From the NCBI RefSeq assembly GCF_009914755.1, contig NC_060936.1: 64,000 nucleotides of DNA. The stretch is one strand, 5' to 3'. The notes below the pieces were generated by a model. That model was given only the letters and a program-made list of their open reading frames with translations, was not told the origin of the DNA and made no database searches. Below, piece by piece: positions 13,025 through 26,368 of this stretch; within the stretch, counting starts at the first letter, position 1, and every line of letters starts with the position of its first letter. Origin of the DNA: the human T2T-CHM13v2.0 reference genome, Homo sapiens. Position numbers and translations under genes: made by a program.

Positions 13025-13205
13025 TGAGGCAACATATTATATAGAAGTTGAATACCTGAGTTTGAGTTCTGGTTCCTTTGCTTTAGGCTCTCCCACTACT
13101 TAATTTCTCTGGATCTCAGTTATCCATCTACAATAAGAGGATTGTAAGAATACCTACCTCAAAGTGCTATAAAGATGGAATAAAATAATGTGTATGAAAC
13201 TATTC
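13025..13205 (+). mobile_element. MIR fragment
   Basis: acttaatttctctggatctcagttatccatctacaataagagg...aatacctacctca. Confidence 0.65.
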
Positions 13206-13819
13206 TACCTGGAACATATTACAGGCTTAAAATGCAATTCATAATCATAATTGTAGTAATAGTAATAATGATCATAATAATATAATAAACATAACAAGTC
13301 CCTACATTGTAAATGAGAAGAACTCTAATGAGTTTGTAACAAATACAGAAGGTATTGATTTCTCCAACTAGATATATGGTTTCCGGAATCACCAAGGTGG
13401 CATGTCCACTCCCCACTAGAGTCTCAGAGTCTGTCCTGGGCCGAGTAGAGTTTCAAGAAACTTTTTCAGTCCTTTTTACTTGTCGGAGGGCCCCTCTTCC
13501 ACTAGTCATTGCCCTTCTGATCTGTATAAATGGCTGGCAGAGGAAGGAAATCCGTGGGCCAAATCCTACAGGTTCAAGCTATGTACTGTATCTTCCCTCA
13601 CTCCCTCCAACAAAAAACAAAAACAAAAACAAACCCCTGTCAACTGGCTTAGTAAATGAGGATTAAGAAAGAAACACAATTTTCATATAACATGAATCCT
13701 GCCCTCATTGTTTCCATCTAATTCAAGAAGGAACTTGACAAATACAGCAGGAATTGAATGCCCATAGAACTACACTTATCACTGAATTAAGTAGACTTTT
13801 ACAAAAGAATTTCTTGATT

Positions 13820-14030
13820 ACAAAGTACTTGCATACATGTTTTCTTACTTGGCATTTTATAACAATTCTGTGAGATGAGCATGGTAGGTGTTATCACAGT
13901 TTTATAGACGAGGAGACAGAAACTCCAAGTGCTAAGGGATGTAGCCAGAATCTTACATTTGCAGAAAGAAAAACAAGGACCCAAGCCCTAGTCTTTTGAC
14001 TCCGTGTCTAGTACCCTTTCCATGACTCCA
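13820..14030 (-). mobile_element. MIR SINE
   Basis: aacaattctgtgagatgag...cagtttatagacgaggagacaga...tcttttgactcc. Confidence 0.65.
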
Positions 14031-14643
14031 TGTGCAGAGCAAGTAGAAAAGCCTATTGCTCAAGGTCATGAGTAGCTGAGTTCTTGGTCCATTGCTCCTT
14101 CCAGCACTCAACTTCCGCTTTTAATTCCTTTAGAGCCATTTTTCTGAAAAAGTCAACTGTTCCTTACCTTAGTTTAAAATTGTACTTCCTAAATCTCAGA
14201 GGAGAGAGGAACGTATGGAAATCCACCTCCTTGGCTATATGTGGTTTGACCTTCAGTGACCTTCAGATTGAAGCCAGTGGTTCAAAAACAGTTCTCAGTT
14301 CTCTGTAACTGACTCTTCCATTTCAGGACCCTGGGACACTAATGCAATCCACTTGTGCTAAGTGTTACATCCACAGTCCTCCACACGACCCTTGTGGAGA
14401 TAAAAACTGTGACCACTGAATTCTTTATGAAATTTACTGGGGGTATGAGAATGTCCAGTCGGGACCTCCATAACCATCTACTCCAGGCATCATAATCCCT
14501 CTTCCTTCTACTCATCCTCGTAGAAAGTACTTCACAACTGCTTGCTCATTTTTTTTCCTCTTCCTCAGACATTGGGTCAGTCATGTGCAAGGGCTGGTGC
14601 ACTTTTAGAGCAACATAACCATTGTAAGATCTCTGGCCTAGAG

Positions 14644-14818
14644 CCTTGGTTCTTGAACATTAACGTACCTGAGACTCACTAAGGGACCTTGTTAAAACGC
14701 AGGTTATAGGCACCAGCTCTTGAGACTCTGGTTTGGGGGTTCTGGAGTTGATATCTGGAGGCTGCATTTTGGATGAGCTCCTTTAAGGATTCTGATGCAG
14801 GTATAACTTGGAAAACAG
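14644..14818. mobile_element. MER5A-family hAT-Charlie MITE
   Basis: ggttcttgaac...cttgttaaaacgcag...ctgcatttt...gattctgatgcagg. Confidence 0.65.
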
Positions 14819-15444
14819 CTCATGAGCTGAGCAGTAATTTTAAATGACTGCAGAGTTAGGCATGGATTCTGCCACATGGCAGGACCCAATACATGCTAGG
14901 TGACCAGGTGAGTATATTGTTCACTTCAGAATAGATGTTTCTTAAAGTGACTTTTCTACCACTACTAGGCATAGACGAGATTATTTTTTACAGTAGGCAG
15001 AGGGATTGTTCTGAAGATCCTCTGCTGGGAAAACAGATTTGATCACCAGCAATATGATAAGTTCTGTAAAGAACGGCTTAGGACATGGTCCAATAAATAA
15101 TAGGCTATGTAACTCACTTTAAAATGCAGTACCAAGATGCATAAAAAACAATTGCAACCCTCAGGGGATTCTGTCACTCACATTGAAAAGATCACTAGCC
15201 ATACTGCTGTGACATTTCAGAGAAAGGAGCAATCATATTCAGCTGGGAGGTCTTGGAGAATTTTGCAGAGAGAGAGGATGTGGCTGAGACTTCTGGGCTG
15301 AGTCTAATTTGGGTAAGTGGGAAAGGGGAGGGCGTTTCAGGTGATGGTATATATTGGAGCAGAGCATAATTGTGAGAAAGCAACTCTTCTAAGGATGGTA
15401 GTGAGTTGGTTGGCATGGTCAGCACTTATGAAAGCAAGGAAAGG

Positions 15445-15630
15445 GACAATAGCTAATATAGAGATGCTACATATACGTAATTTTATTTAATTCTCACAAC
15501 AGCTCTACAGGGAAGGCAATACTGTTCATATTGTATGGAAAGAAGTTCAGAGAAAATTAAATAGTTCAAGATCACAGAGCTCAAGGCAGACCTGGGGTTT
15601 GTACCCAGCTCCTGTGAATGCCAGGCCTGA
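15445..15630 (-). mobile_element. MIR SINE
   Basis: tttaattctcacaacagctctacagggaagg...caagatcacagagct...ggggtttgtacccag. Confidence 0.7.
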
Positions 15631-16639
15631 ACGCCGGAGAACTCACCCTGCCACCCCTTCCCCAATAAAACTGCTGGTGAGCCCTGAATGTCAAGCTTAG
15701 GGTTTCATACTCAAGCTCCAGACAATGCGTGTCTTGCAAAGAAGGGTCTGGAGGCCAGGTTCCATCCCAGAAGTCTATCCAGGTCTCTCTCTGTATCCTT
15801 GGTATTTCTTCTGGAACTGCTGCCCTAAAGAAAACTACAACCATACTATTTTGACCTGTCAGACCCTGTTGGCTTTTTGTTGTGTGTTAACAAAGTATCA
15901 TGGGCAAGCAGGTGGAGAGTTTTGCAGATTCATTCTTCAGCGACAATTTTCTGATTCATATTGTCACCACATGGCCCAGTTATGTTGCAGGAGCAGGCAG
16001 GTGTCAGCAGTGTGTGCCTGAGAGTGTGTGTGTACAAGTGGTTGATAAATCAGCAGATTTTCCATGTGAACAAAGCTGGGATCTCCAGCTGACATCTTAA
16101 TTCTGGGACTCAGAAAACCCAGAGCAGGGATAATGAAATGTCCTGCCTGTAAGTAGCAGGCTAAGAAACTCCTCAGCTCCAAGTGGCAAGAGCGGCCATG
16201 CTGACATCTCTGGTTATGGATTTTCAGCAGGAATTTTGTCACTCTTCTCCTGTGTAGGAGGTAGTAGTGATGGCACATTCTTTTCCAGTAAAGAATCTGG
16301 TCGGACAGTTCCCAGACAAGCAAACAGGATAGAGGTGGCATGAGGGTGACTCTCTAGTTTTCCAATAATGGGTGTTCCTTATTGTGTAAATGCGATACCA
16401 ATTTAGGCAGAAATTTTTTCTTCCTAAATTACGTAGCATTTTCCCATGTCATTTAATCCTCGCAAGGGTCCTTGGAATCAAGTCTTTATAATCATCTCCA
16501 TGTTGCCAGTGAGGAAACTAGGGCTCAGAGACATTGAATGTCTTGACTAAAAGCTAAATAAAAATTAATGAGTTTGAGAACCACTAGAACTCACATTTAT
16601 GCTCTTATTTATGTTCATCGATTAGCCTATTCATTTATG

Positions 16640-16760
16640 CTTCCATTCATTCATTCATTCATTCATTCATTCAATGTTCATTGATCACCTACTACATTCC
16701 TAGCACTGAGTTTGGTTGTGGAGCTCCCAAGATAAAAATGGGGAGTACTCTGAGCTCCAT
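16640..16760 (-). mobile_element. L2 3' end with (CATT)n tail
   Basis: (cattc/catt)n then attgatcacctactacattcctagcactg. Confidence 0.7.
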
Positions 16761-18460
16761 GAATAGAGGGTTAATAAAAGAGAGAGCAGGTCAATTATTT
16801 GGAACTCTAATTAGTGTGATTTCCACTCACATTTAAATTCAAATAAGCAATATTAGGAACCCATGAATCTTCCGGTCAATTCTCCAGTCTCTAAAGCTAT
16901 TTCACCCTTGCTTATTTATCTGCACACTTCTGGGTGTTCTATCACCTGCCATAGGTCAATATTTGCCTCAGTTCAATATTAATTACTTCCTGGATGCATG
17001 CATTTCCTTTATCTTGGTTCCTAAAAAGAAAATTTAAAGATGTATTTATGCATTGAGTCGACATCAGATCATTTTTCAGCCTGAGTCATCTCCTCAAAGG
17101 TTGTCCCTCACTCCTGTTTTCCTAACCTTCATGGAAAAGATGATTTAATTCCAGATTGTCAGAACTGCAGCCCTATAGGGTGAAACCTGCTTTTCCGTCC
17201 TCCATGCCCCCTCTGCAGTGAGGTTGTAGCATTCACATCACATCGTGCCTTGGATTGTAGGTATGTGCCTACGTGTTCTATCTTCTTTATGAGATGAGAT
17301 GATAAGTTATCTGAGTGAGAAAATCATGGTGTATTCATCACCGCATCCTCTACAGAACCTAGCACATTCCATGATCTGTTAAAGGTGCTCAAGAAATGTT
17401 TATAAATGGAGGTCCCAGACTGGCAAAGCTCGTCTCTTTAAAAGACTTGTTCTCAGGAGCACTGTGAGTGATGGCCTAAGTGTCCTCCACTCTAAGGAGT
17501 GCTGCCTTAACAGTGACTCCAGCAACCACCTCCTGACCTGATGAACTTCTTTTCATTAACCCACAATCTTCCTGTTGCCAAGCACTTCTTTTTCTCTCTC
17601 CCATTTTACTTAACCATTCTTGGGCTCTCCAGGCCCTTTGATGAATAGAAATGTTCCTACTTGGAATTAAGTTGGAATCTTTGATCAGAGCATCTTGGTA
17701 ACTCATCAGGCCACATCGGAGGTTTACAATAGTTATGTGGTGGTTTTTCTGTTTCTCTCAGAGGCAGTTTGTGTGGGCATTGAGTGTATCCTTAAGAGAG
17801 CACTCAGAAACCTGGTCAAGATGAGGAAGGACATTGATGCCCCAGAGCAGGGACAGAGAATCAGGGAGAGAGTGGAATGTGAAGCTCTATGTTCAAATCA
17901 AAGACATGGATGGGGCTGGGGATCCAGGACAGCTGCTGTCTGGGGATGGAGTGGGGATATTAGACTTGGTTAGGCAGGGTGAGGATTTCTATCACTGAAG
18001 ACTCAGGCTTCTCTGAAGGCAAAATTACAAAGTTATTAGGAATTCTCTTAATGGTTTACTCTGATTTATGGATGTGTTTAGTCAGCCCATCATCATCCAT
18101 GAGTATTCGAAAGTGGACAGTAGGTGTCTGTTTGGAAAAGCAGCCATTTGTTCTGTAAGTGTATCTCTTCTTTGGGAAAGGCTGCCACTGAGGTTATTGG
18201 AGTTTACCAGGAACTAAGAATTTACCTGCATCTTAGGCTGTGTAAGGGAAACTGGTCTAGAGAAAACAATTATGCTAAAACTTTGGAAAATATTGACCTG
18301 TAGCTGGGTCCCACAGAGCAGTTTTGTAATGCTGAAGGAAAGGAGACCTGGACATGGGCTTAACTCTTCCAAGGACCTCTGTTAGATTCAATGAAGCTAC
18401 TCAAGCCTTGCATCCTTCTGTTTCCTCCTCTGTAGACAGGACACACCGGTTTCTAAATAT

Positions 18461-18539
18461 TTAGGTTGGTGCAAAAGCAGTTGCAGTTTTGGCCGTCACT
18501 TTCAATGGAAAAACCGCAATTTCTTTTGCACCAACCTAA
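18461..18539. mobile_element. MADE1 (Hsmar1-derived MITE), full-length palindromic
   Basis: ttaggttggtgcaaaag...cttttgcaccaacctaa TIRs, 79 bp, followed by TA. Confidence 0.95.
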
Positions 18540-18806
18540 TACTTATATACCTTCGGGACCAGATAGGCAATGCTATTAGAAGTGTTATTGAGGTGTAGGC
18601 TAATAGTGAGGTGAAGTGGAGGGTGCAGGACATGTACAGAGACTCAAAATAAAAATAATTCAATCCCCCAATTTGCAGTCTCTGTTCTAAAGTGTTAGAT
18701 CTTCTCCTTGGAGAAAAAGAAATATAGAAGTTCAGGTTATTGTTATCGTCAATACATACGCAGTCAATAGAATTATTTAAATGCTCCTGTGGATAGAGGC
18801 CCATAC

Positions 18807-19232
18807 TGTATTATCCTGTTTTGTGCTGTTATAAAGGAATACCTAAGGCTGGGTAATTTATAAAGCAAAGGGATTTATTTGGCTCACAGTTCTGCAGGCT
18901 GTGCAAGGAGCATGGCACCAGCATCTGCTTCTGGTGAGAGCTTCAGGAAACTTCCATTCATGGCAGAAGGGGAAGGGAAACTGGTGTGTCACATGGTGAG
19001 AGAGGGAGCAAGAGAGAGAGGAGGAGAAGTACTATGCTTATTTAAACAACCAGCTCTCACATGAACTAATAGAGTGAGATCTTATATATTATATATTACC
19101 GCAGGGAAGGCACCAAGTCATTTATGAGGGATCTGCCGCCATCACCCAAACACCTCCCACTAGGCCCACCTCTAACACTGGGGATCAAATTTTAACATGA
19201 GATTTGGAGGGGTCAAAGACCCAAATAATACA
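18807..19232 (-). mobile_element. MaLR solo LTR, MSTB-like, with perfect 5-bp TSD CATAC
   Basis: TG...CA termini; ggctcacagttctgcaggctg...acatgagatttggagggg; CATAC at 18802-18806 and 19233-19237. Confidence 0.93.
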
Positions 19233-19324
19233 CATACTATGTGCTGCTGAAGAATACAAAATAATTTTATGATATCATCTCTATTTTTGAAGATTTAAGT
19301 ATTTGGTCTAACTGCATAGACAGA

Positions 19325-19985
19325 TGTCCATCCATCCATCTATCTACCCCTCCCTCCATCCATCCATTCACCCATCCACACTTTCAAGAAATATTTGTCA
19401 AACATCCAGTGTGTGCCTACTTCAGGGTTGGAACCCCAATGTGGGTTTATAGTGGTGTACAAAAACACAGGGTCCCAGTCCTCATGGAGGTTATATTTAT
19501 TATATATATAAAGCCCTGTAATAGATCCTGGGGGACATAATAAAGGCTAAAATGTTGTCCCTGGCCTCAAGTTGTTCATCTGTTTATGAGACCCCACTCC
19601 TGGCATGCAGTGGTAGTTTCTAGACTAGAGGCGTGTGGCAGCAAGGAGAATGAGAGGTTATACCCCTAGGAAAAGATCAGGGCAGACTTTGTAGATGAAG
19701 TAAGGTTTAATGAGTCTTCAGATTTTGATAAATAATGCAGTTTCTGGACTAGTGGATAAAGGTGAGTTTTAAGGGAAGAAGGCATGTGACGGCACCAGGG
19801 GTGAAAGAGGAGGAGATGAGGTTGCAGCACTATGTGACCAAAGTCTGACATGAGACATGGAAAATGGGCTGGGAGATAGGACAGGTAGTGGACATTCGAC
19901 ATGTCCTATTAAGGAATTTGCTTTTTATTTCTTATTATCAAGGAGTCATGAAACATTTTGGCTGGAGTGACATGATCAGGCTCTG
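19325..19985 (-). mobile_element. L2 remnants with (TCCA)n tail
   Basis: (tcca)n; ggtcccagtcctcatggagg; aaggaatttgctttttatttc...gagtgacatgatcag. Confidence 0.65.
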
Positions 19986-19996
19986 GCAACAGCTTC

Positions 19997-20411
19997 CCTC
20001 CTCTCCTACATTAAAGGGGCTCTTCGTCCCCCATTCTCCTCCTCTCCTACCTTAAAGGGGCTCTTCGTCCCCCATTCTCCTCCTCTCCTACCTTAAAGGG
20101 GCTCTTCGTCCCCCATTCTCCTGCTCTCCTACCTTAAAGGGGCTCTTCGTCCCCCATTCTCCTCCTCTCCTACCTTAAAGGGGCTCTTCGTCCCCCATTC
20201 TCCTCCTCTCCTACCTTAAAGGGGCTCTTCGTCCCCCATTCTCCTCCTCTCCTACCTTAAAGGGGCTCTTCGTCCCCCATTCTCCTCCTCTCCTACCTTA
20301 AAGGGGCTCTTCGTCCCCCATTCTCCTCCTCTCCTACCTTAAAGGGGCTCTTCGTCCCCCATTCTCCTCCTCTCCTACCTTAAAGGGGCTCTTCATTCCC
20401 CATTCTCCTCC
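19997..20411. repeat. Minisatellite/VNTR, 41-bp unit x about 10.1 (ctcctctcctaccttaaaggggctcttcgtcccccattctc)
   Basis: ttaaagggg recurs at 20011, 20052, 20093, 20134, 20175, 20216, 20257, 20298, 20339, 20380 (exact 41-bp period); internal copies nearly identical. Confidence 0.98.
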
Positions 20412-21121
20412 GTTTTTTTTTCTCCTGCCTCCATGAACAAGTGTGCCTGCTTTTCTACCCCACAGCCTGAGGCTGGTTCCTCCATATAAGAACCTTTGAC
20501 CTTCTTCCTTCAGGATTCTTCTGTTATGTTTCTTCATCAGAATATTTCTCTCACCTGCATTTTCCAAACGTTCCTACGTGGCTAGACCCTTCTTCCATTT
20601 CTATAAACATATGTGCTCAGTTTCCCCTCCTAAAATCAAAATGAAACGCCTTCTCTAGCCAGGCCCAGAACAGGTACTTCAGTTAATGATCATGGTTATA
20701 ATGATTGCTGTTCCTGCAAACCACTGCCTTATCTTGTCCTTTGGCCTCACTTCACAGCCATCTGCTTACACTTTCTCCCCACTGACTGACTCTTAACCCC
20801 TTGCAATCTGGTGTCAGCCTCATTCCCCAGCAGGATCTGGCCTGTCCTCCTGATTGCCACATGCCTTGGCCCGTTCTCAGCAATCATGTCCCCACCCCTC
20901 CGCTCTTCTGATGTGCTTGAACCAGGAGATTTCCTGAGCTTCCTCCAGGTTAGGCTAATTTTGTCACCCTTTATGTGTGTCCCAGAGAGCCTGTGGGTAC
21001 CACAGCCCACACTTCTTGCTATATTTGCCTGAGATTGCCTGTGTGCTTGCCCTTTGCTCCTCAAAGGCCAGGACCGTACCTCCTTCATTTTGGATTCCCA
21101 GTTCCTGGAATAACCAGTACA

Positions 21122-21439
21122 TAGGGCTGCCTGGTATGATAACCACTAGCCACCAGGAGCCATTAGCATCAGACACGTGGCTATTTTGAATTGAGATGTG
21201 CTGTAAGTGTGAAATATACATGAGTTTCAAATATTTAGTACAAAAATGTAAAATATCTCATTAATAATTTTCAGTAAACTACATTTAACATGATTATATT
21301 TTGGATATACTGGGTTAACTAGAATATGTTATTAAAATTAATTTTGCTTGTATCTTTTTACCTTTTTAATGTGACTATGAGAACACTTTAAATTACATAT
21401 TTGGCTCCCATGATGGTTGTATTGGAATTGCTAGCCTAG
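21122..21439. mobile_element. MER33-like hAT-Charlie element
   Basis: ccactagccac...ttgagatgtgctgtaagtgtgaaatataca...aatgtaaaatatctcattaataatttt...ttggatatactgggttaa...aaattacatat. Confidence 0.85.
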
Positions 21440-22425
21440 AACATTGCTGGGAAAAGTAGGCTTAAAACCATGGTTGCTGAGCTGAGTGGAGTTGAGTTGG
21501 GCGGTGCCCTTTCTTTTGAGCCTCCGTTCCTGATGTTGGTAGTGAGCTCATTCCTGGTTCTCCCACCTCTCTGACCACTCTTTCTCCCCTTTCATCTCCT
21601 GCCTCTGATTACTGGTTACTCCCAGATCTGCACCTTTATGCAGCCCCTGTGTATCCAGCATTTTAAGTTTGAGCTAAGAGGATGAATAAACTCACAAGAC
21701 ATATTGATTTTTTAAAAGCAAAATGAATGAAATTAAAAAAAAAAAAAACCGAAAAGGAAGGCGTCGCTAACACATGCAAGCGTTAGCCATTGAAGGCGTC
21801 TGTGGCGAGGTGACCTTTCGCAGGAGCTCCTGAAGGCGAGACACACAGACTGGCAGGCTGGCAGGCACAGCCCCTCCACCCACTTACATAAAGACTCCTG
21901 TGAAATGGAGAGCAGTATTTAAAGTGCATGGAAGGTCATGGATTTAAAACTGAGAGACCTTGAAATCTAGAAGTGTTTGCTTTCGTAACTGCCTTGGTTG
22001 GCCTCTCCAGGATGGGTACAGCAGTGCTGCAGGGCTGGCAGGGAGGCCGAGGCCTGGCAGCACCAGGCTCCAGAAACAGCCTCTGTGCCTTGAGCTCCCA
22101 GACCCTTGAGTTCTGTTCCTGGAGAAAGCGGCTGCCAGCAGCCAGTGCGGCTCCAGGCTGGGCGGAGTCCTTCTCGGCCTGAGCGCCATCTCTCTGTTTT
22201 GAGTGCTGCGGCACATAGTGGTCAGAAGTAGGAAACTTGGGTTCTCTTACTGCTACCTCAGCTTGTCCTGAGACTCTGATGAAGTCCCCTAACTGCTCCG
22301 TGCTACGGCATAAAAGCCATTTCCTCCGCCTTCTCAGAGCTTGGGAAGATGAGTGATAACATAATGAAAAGGAGTCTGAGATTCTCTAGGAAAACGCAAG
22401 GCCCTAGGTAGAGTTTTTCTCGTGG

Positions 22426-22745
22426 TTTATTTTTTTAGAGCTGGAATCTTCATCACCCAGGCTGGCGTGCAGTGGCATGATCACGCCTCACTGCATCCTT
22501 GAACCCCCACACTCAAGCAATCCTTTCGCTTCAGCCTCCTGAGTAGCTGGGACCACAGGTGTGCACCACTGCCCCTGGCTAATTTTTAAATTTAAATTTT
22601 AACTTTTAACTAATTAATTAATTAATTTTGGAGATGAGGTCTTGCTATGTTGCCCAGGCTGGTCTCAAACTACTGGGCTTAAGTGATCCGCCTACTTCAG
22701 CCTCCTGAGTAGCTAGGATTACAGGTGCATGCCACTGTGCCCTGC
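22426..22745 (-). mobile_element. AluJ (Jo-like) with expanded (TAAT)n linker
   Basis: Two Alu arms with J diagnostics (ctcaagcaatcc, tcttgctatgttgcccagg); near-TSD ctag(g/a)tagagtttt. Confidence 0.92.
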
Positions 22746-24189
22746 ACTAGATAGAGTTTTGTTATCAGGCAAGTTGGACAGTATTTAACCAGGTTAGGGT
22801 AATCCCCAGCTCTGTTTGCCCCTAGTCAGCAGCAGGGCTTAGATGAGTTAAATAATGGTATTAATAGCTAACACTTACAGGGTACATCCCTCGTTCTGGT
22901 CCCCTTGCTGGCTAGATGCACCTGTGAGCTGGACATTAATGTCGGCACTATACTAATCAGGAGGCTGATGCTTAAAAGTTGCACAGGTAAGAAGCAGAAC
23001 AGGAGCCTGTGTGTCTCATGCTCTTTTCGCTGTTACCATACAAAATTCTCTGGGAAGCCAGGAGCCCCAGAGCTGTGTTAGGGGTTCAATTTTTATTCAA
23101 CAACGATCTCTTCCAGCCTGATTTTGTGTGGCCCAAGAACTATTATGATTTGATAGGTAGATGGTAAGTGGTCATCTCAAACATTTAAGGGCTCAATTAC
23201 ATTCATACATTTCTAGTAAAGTGAACTGGACAGGGCTATTTCATCCCATTTGGCAGATGGTGCACCTGAGGCTCAGCATGGTTAAGTGGCACAATCAAGG
23301 TCACCCAAGGAGTGACTGATCAGGGTGTGTGTCTGGACTCTGAACTGTGACCATTGAAAGGAGCCGTTGCTTCCCTCTGCAGAGGTCTGAAATTGAGTAG
23401 AGGCACCAGGGGCAAGCTCCCAGAACAGAGGCTCCGGCTCTTCCCAGGCTGCCCTGAAGGCTGGGGAAGGGAGACGGCTGGTGCCTCCCGCCCTAAAACA
23501 TGCCATTTGCCTGCATGCCTGCTGGTGTGGTGGTGCCGTCCTGTTCTCCCGTGCTGTTCCTCAGCATGGTTCTCTCCACGGGTGGAGGACCCATCATTCA
23601 GGATTGTGGTGGCGTAGAAGAAAACACACGGGAGCCTTCTGAGTGGTGGCACCGGCATCTTACATACCTTGAAAACTGCCTGGAAACAGGTGATTCATTA
23701 CGGGCTCTGCTTCCAGGCCCGATCATAGCAGGATCCCAGGCAGCCTGCAGAAAGGGAGAGTACACTACTGCTCTTCATGGTCTGGGGGAGGATGACTTCA
23801 GTACCTCATGGTAGGCAGTCCTTTATATCGTGCCTGAAACGAAGGAGGAAAATGAGAGAAAATGGGACTCTCTCCTCAAGCATTGTAATGGAAATGGTGG
23901 AGACTGCCTGTCTGAGGTGGCTGGCACTGAGCAAGACTTTGGCAACAACCGGAGTGGGCAGCAGATGGGGGAGACAAGGCCCCGGGGCTGAGGGCACCTA
24001 CAAGGTGGCCGAGGTCAAGACTTTTTGTGGAAGTCCTTTCATTCTGCAGACAGAGAAACTGGGTGTCTCAAGCAGTGGATCACCCTGACCAAGTCAGAGG
24101 CCAGATCAGAGTGCTTAGTAGTGATTGCTCTTTCCTCCTTGATAGAATCAACTAGAATGCCCTTCTGTTCACTCTTGGGATGACTGAGT

Positions 24190-24800
<611 letters not shown>

Positions 24801-25824
24801 GTCAGGGAAGGAAGCTTTTGGTGAAGGTGACATATGAGCTAGGTCTTCAAGCATGGGTAAGACTTCAAAGGAAGGGGGAAAACGTGAGCAAAATGAGCCA
24901 TAGGGAATAAACAAGGCATGTGTGTGAGCATGTTTGTGGTGGGGTGGGAGTTCATGTGTAAGTCCTATTGGCTGACACAAGGGATCCTCTAAAGGGAGCA
25001 GTGGCAGATAGGGCGGAAAGGCAGACCTGAGCTTGTTTACAGAGGCTGTGAGTGCCAGGCTAAGAGGTGCCACTTCTGTCCTGTGGACAATGGGACCCAC
25101 TGAAGGTGAGTGATGTGGGGAGGTGCATGGCCATTTGGCCTCAGCATACAGGTGACTGAGATTGAGAGAGCAGCCAGGGACCTCTGCATCACAATGTGAT
25201 GACCTAAGAAGAGGAGGTCTTTGCCTCTGTGAGTCCCTAAAAGCCAGGCTGGAGCCCTCTGCTTGGGAGATGCGTTTCTCTGCCACGGTGTCAGTTGTCA
25301 TGCCTTAGCGGAGTGCCCGAGAGGAGGGGCAGGAGGCCCCTTGGATGGGCTGGCACTGCGCCCCTGCTGCTGTCAGAGTGACTCAGATCCCCTCCTGGCA
25401 CCAGCCTGCTCAGGCAGTGCAAGCTGTTCCTTTGGCTCCTGGAGATTGGGCTGGTTCTTCACTTCTTCCTCCCCTAGGACTGAGGCCAGGGAGGAGGGGT
25501 GCGGATTTCTGTGTTTCCACCCTTTTCTCTTCTCCCAGCACAGGGGTGCGAGAGGAGGAAGTGGAGGCTGCAGTGCTGGGCTCTGGGTTCATTCCCTGTG
25601 ATTCCTCTGGGCTGCCCCAAGTCCTGCTCAGCACATACACAACAGGACACCAGGCGTGCTGGACAAATGACCAGGCAGTGTGGTACTTGAATGCAAGGGT
25701 TTCCTGAAAAGTTACCATCAAAAACTGGGTCAGGTGGACGAATGCAGATGGAACATCGGCAGTGATTTCCTCTGAGTAATGACGTGCCCTAAGATTGTTC
25801 AGCACAGAGGACTTAAGCCACAGA

Positions 25825-26055
25825 AGGTTTGTACAGCACTTGACAGCTTACAAAATCTTTCCACATCCTCAATGTCAGTTATTTCTTACAGCTGTCCTGT
25901 GAGCAAAGTGGCATTTCTATTTTTTTTAATTTGAAGCTCAGAGATGTTAAGTCACTTGCTAAATGTCACATAGATATTCAAAGGCAGAGCTGAAAACCCT
26001 AACCTGGGTCTTTGGATTATTTATAAGAGTTTTAATGAACCATATCCTACACTGT
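25825..26055 (-). mobile_element. MIR SINE
   Basis: tgaagctcagagatgttaagtcacttgctaaatgtcaca...ggcagagctg. Confidence 0.7.
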
Positions 26056-26288
26056 GCCCCTTTTCCTGGACTCTTAAACATTAGCTTTCATCTTATGTGA
26101 ACCCTTCCTTGGAATGTCACTTGCTCACAGCCTCAGGAGCCATCAATGCTTTCAAAGAGATAATATGCAGGTGACTAAACACTGGGGAGTACCTAAAGTT
26201 GGCCATGATTGGCCACTCATTGACCAAACATTTCCAATTACTCCTGTTCATCAGCTGTTGCCAATTGTACTTAGCCTGACATATTATT

Positions 26289-26368
26289 TTAGGTTAAACC
26301 ACATGAAACTGTCATTTTTGGTGGTCAAGAATAGTCACATACTGAAAGTATTTTAGGGTCCAACCTAA
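26289..26368. mobile_element. MADE2 mariner MITE (80 bp)
   Basis: ttaggttaaaccacatgaaa...ggtccaacctaa followed by TA; matches the recalled MADE2 TIR TTAGGTTGAACCATATGAAATTG. Confidence 0.8.

Noticed and set aside
21760-21782. ggcgtcgCTAACACATGCAAGcg resembles the conserved 5' motif of bacterial 16S rRNA
   Set aside because: Only a 14-nt match with no flanking rRNA similarity; treated as chance.
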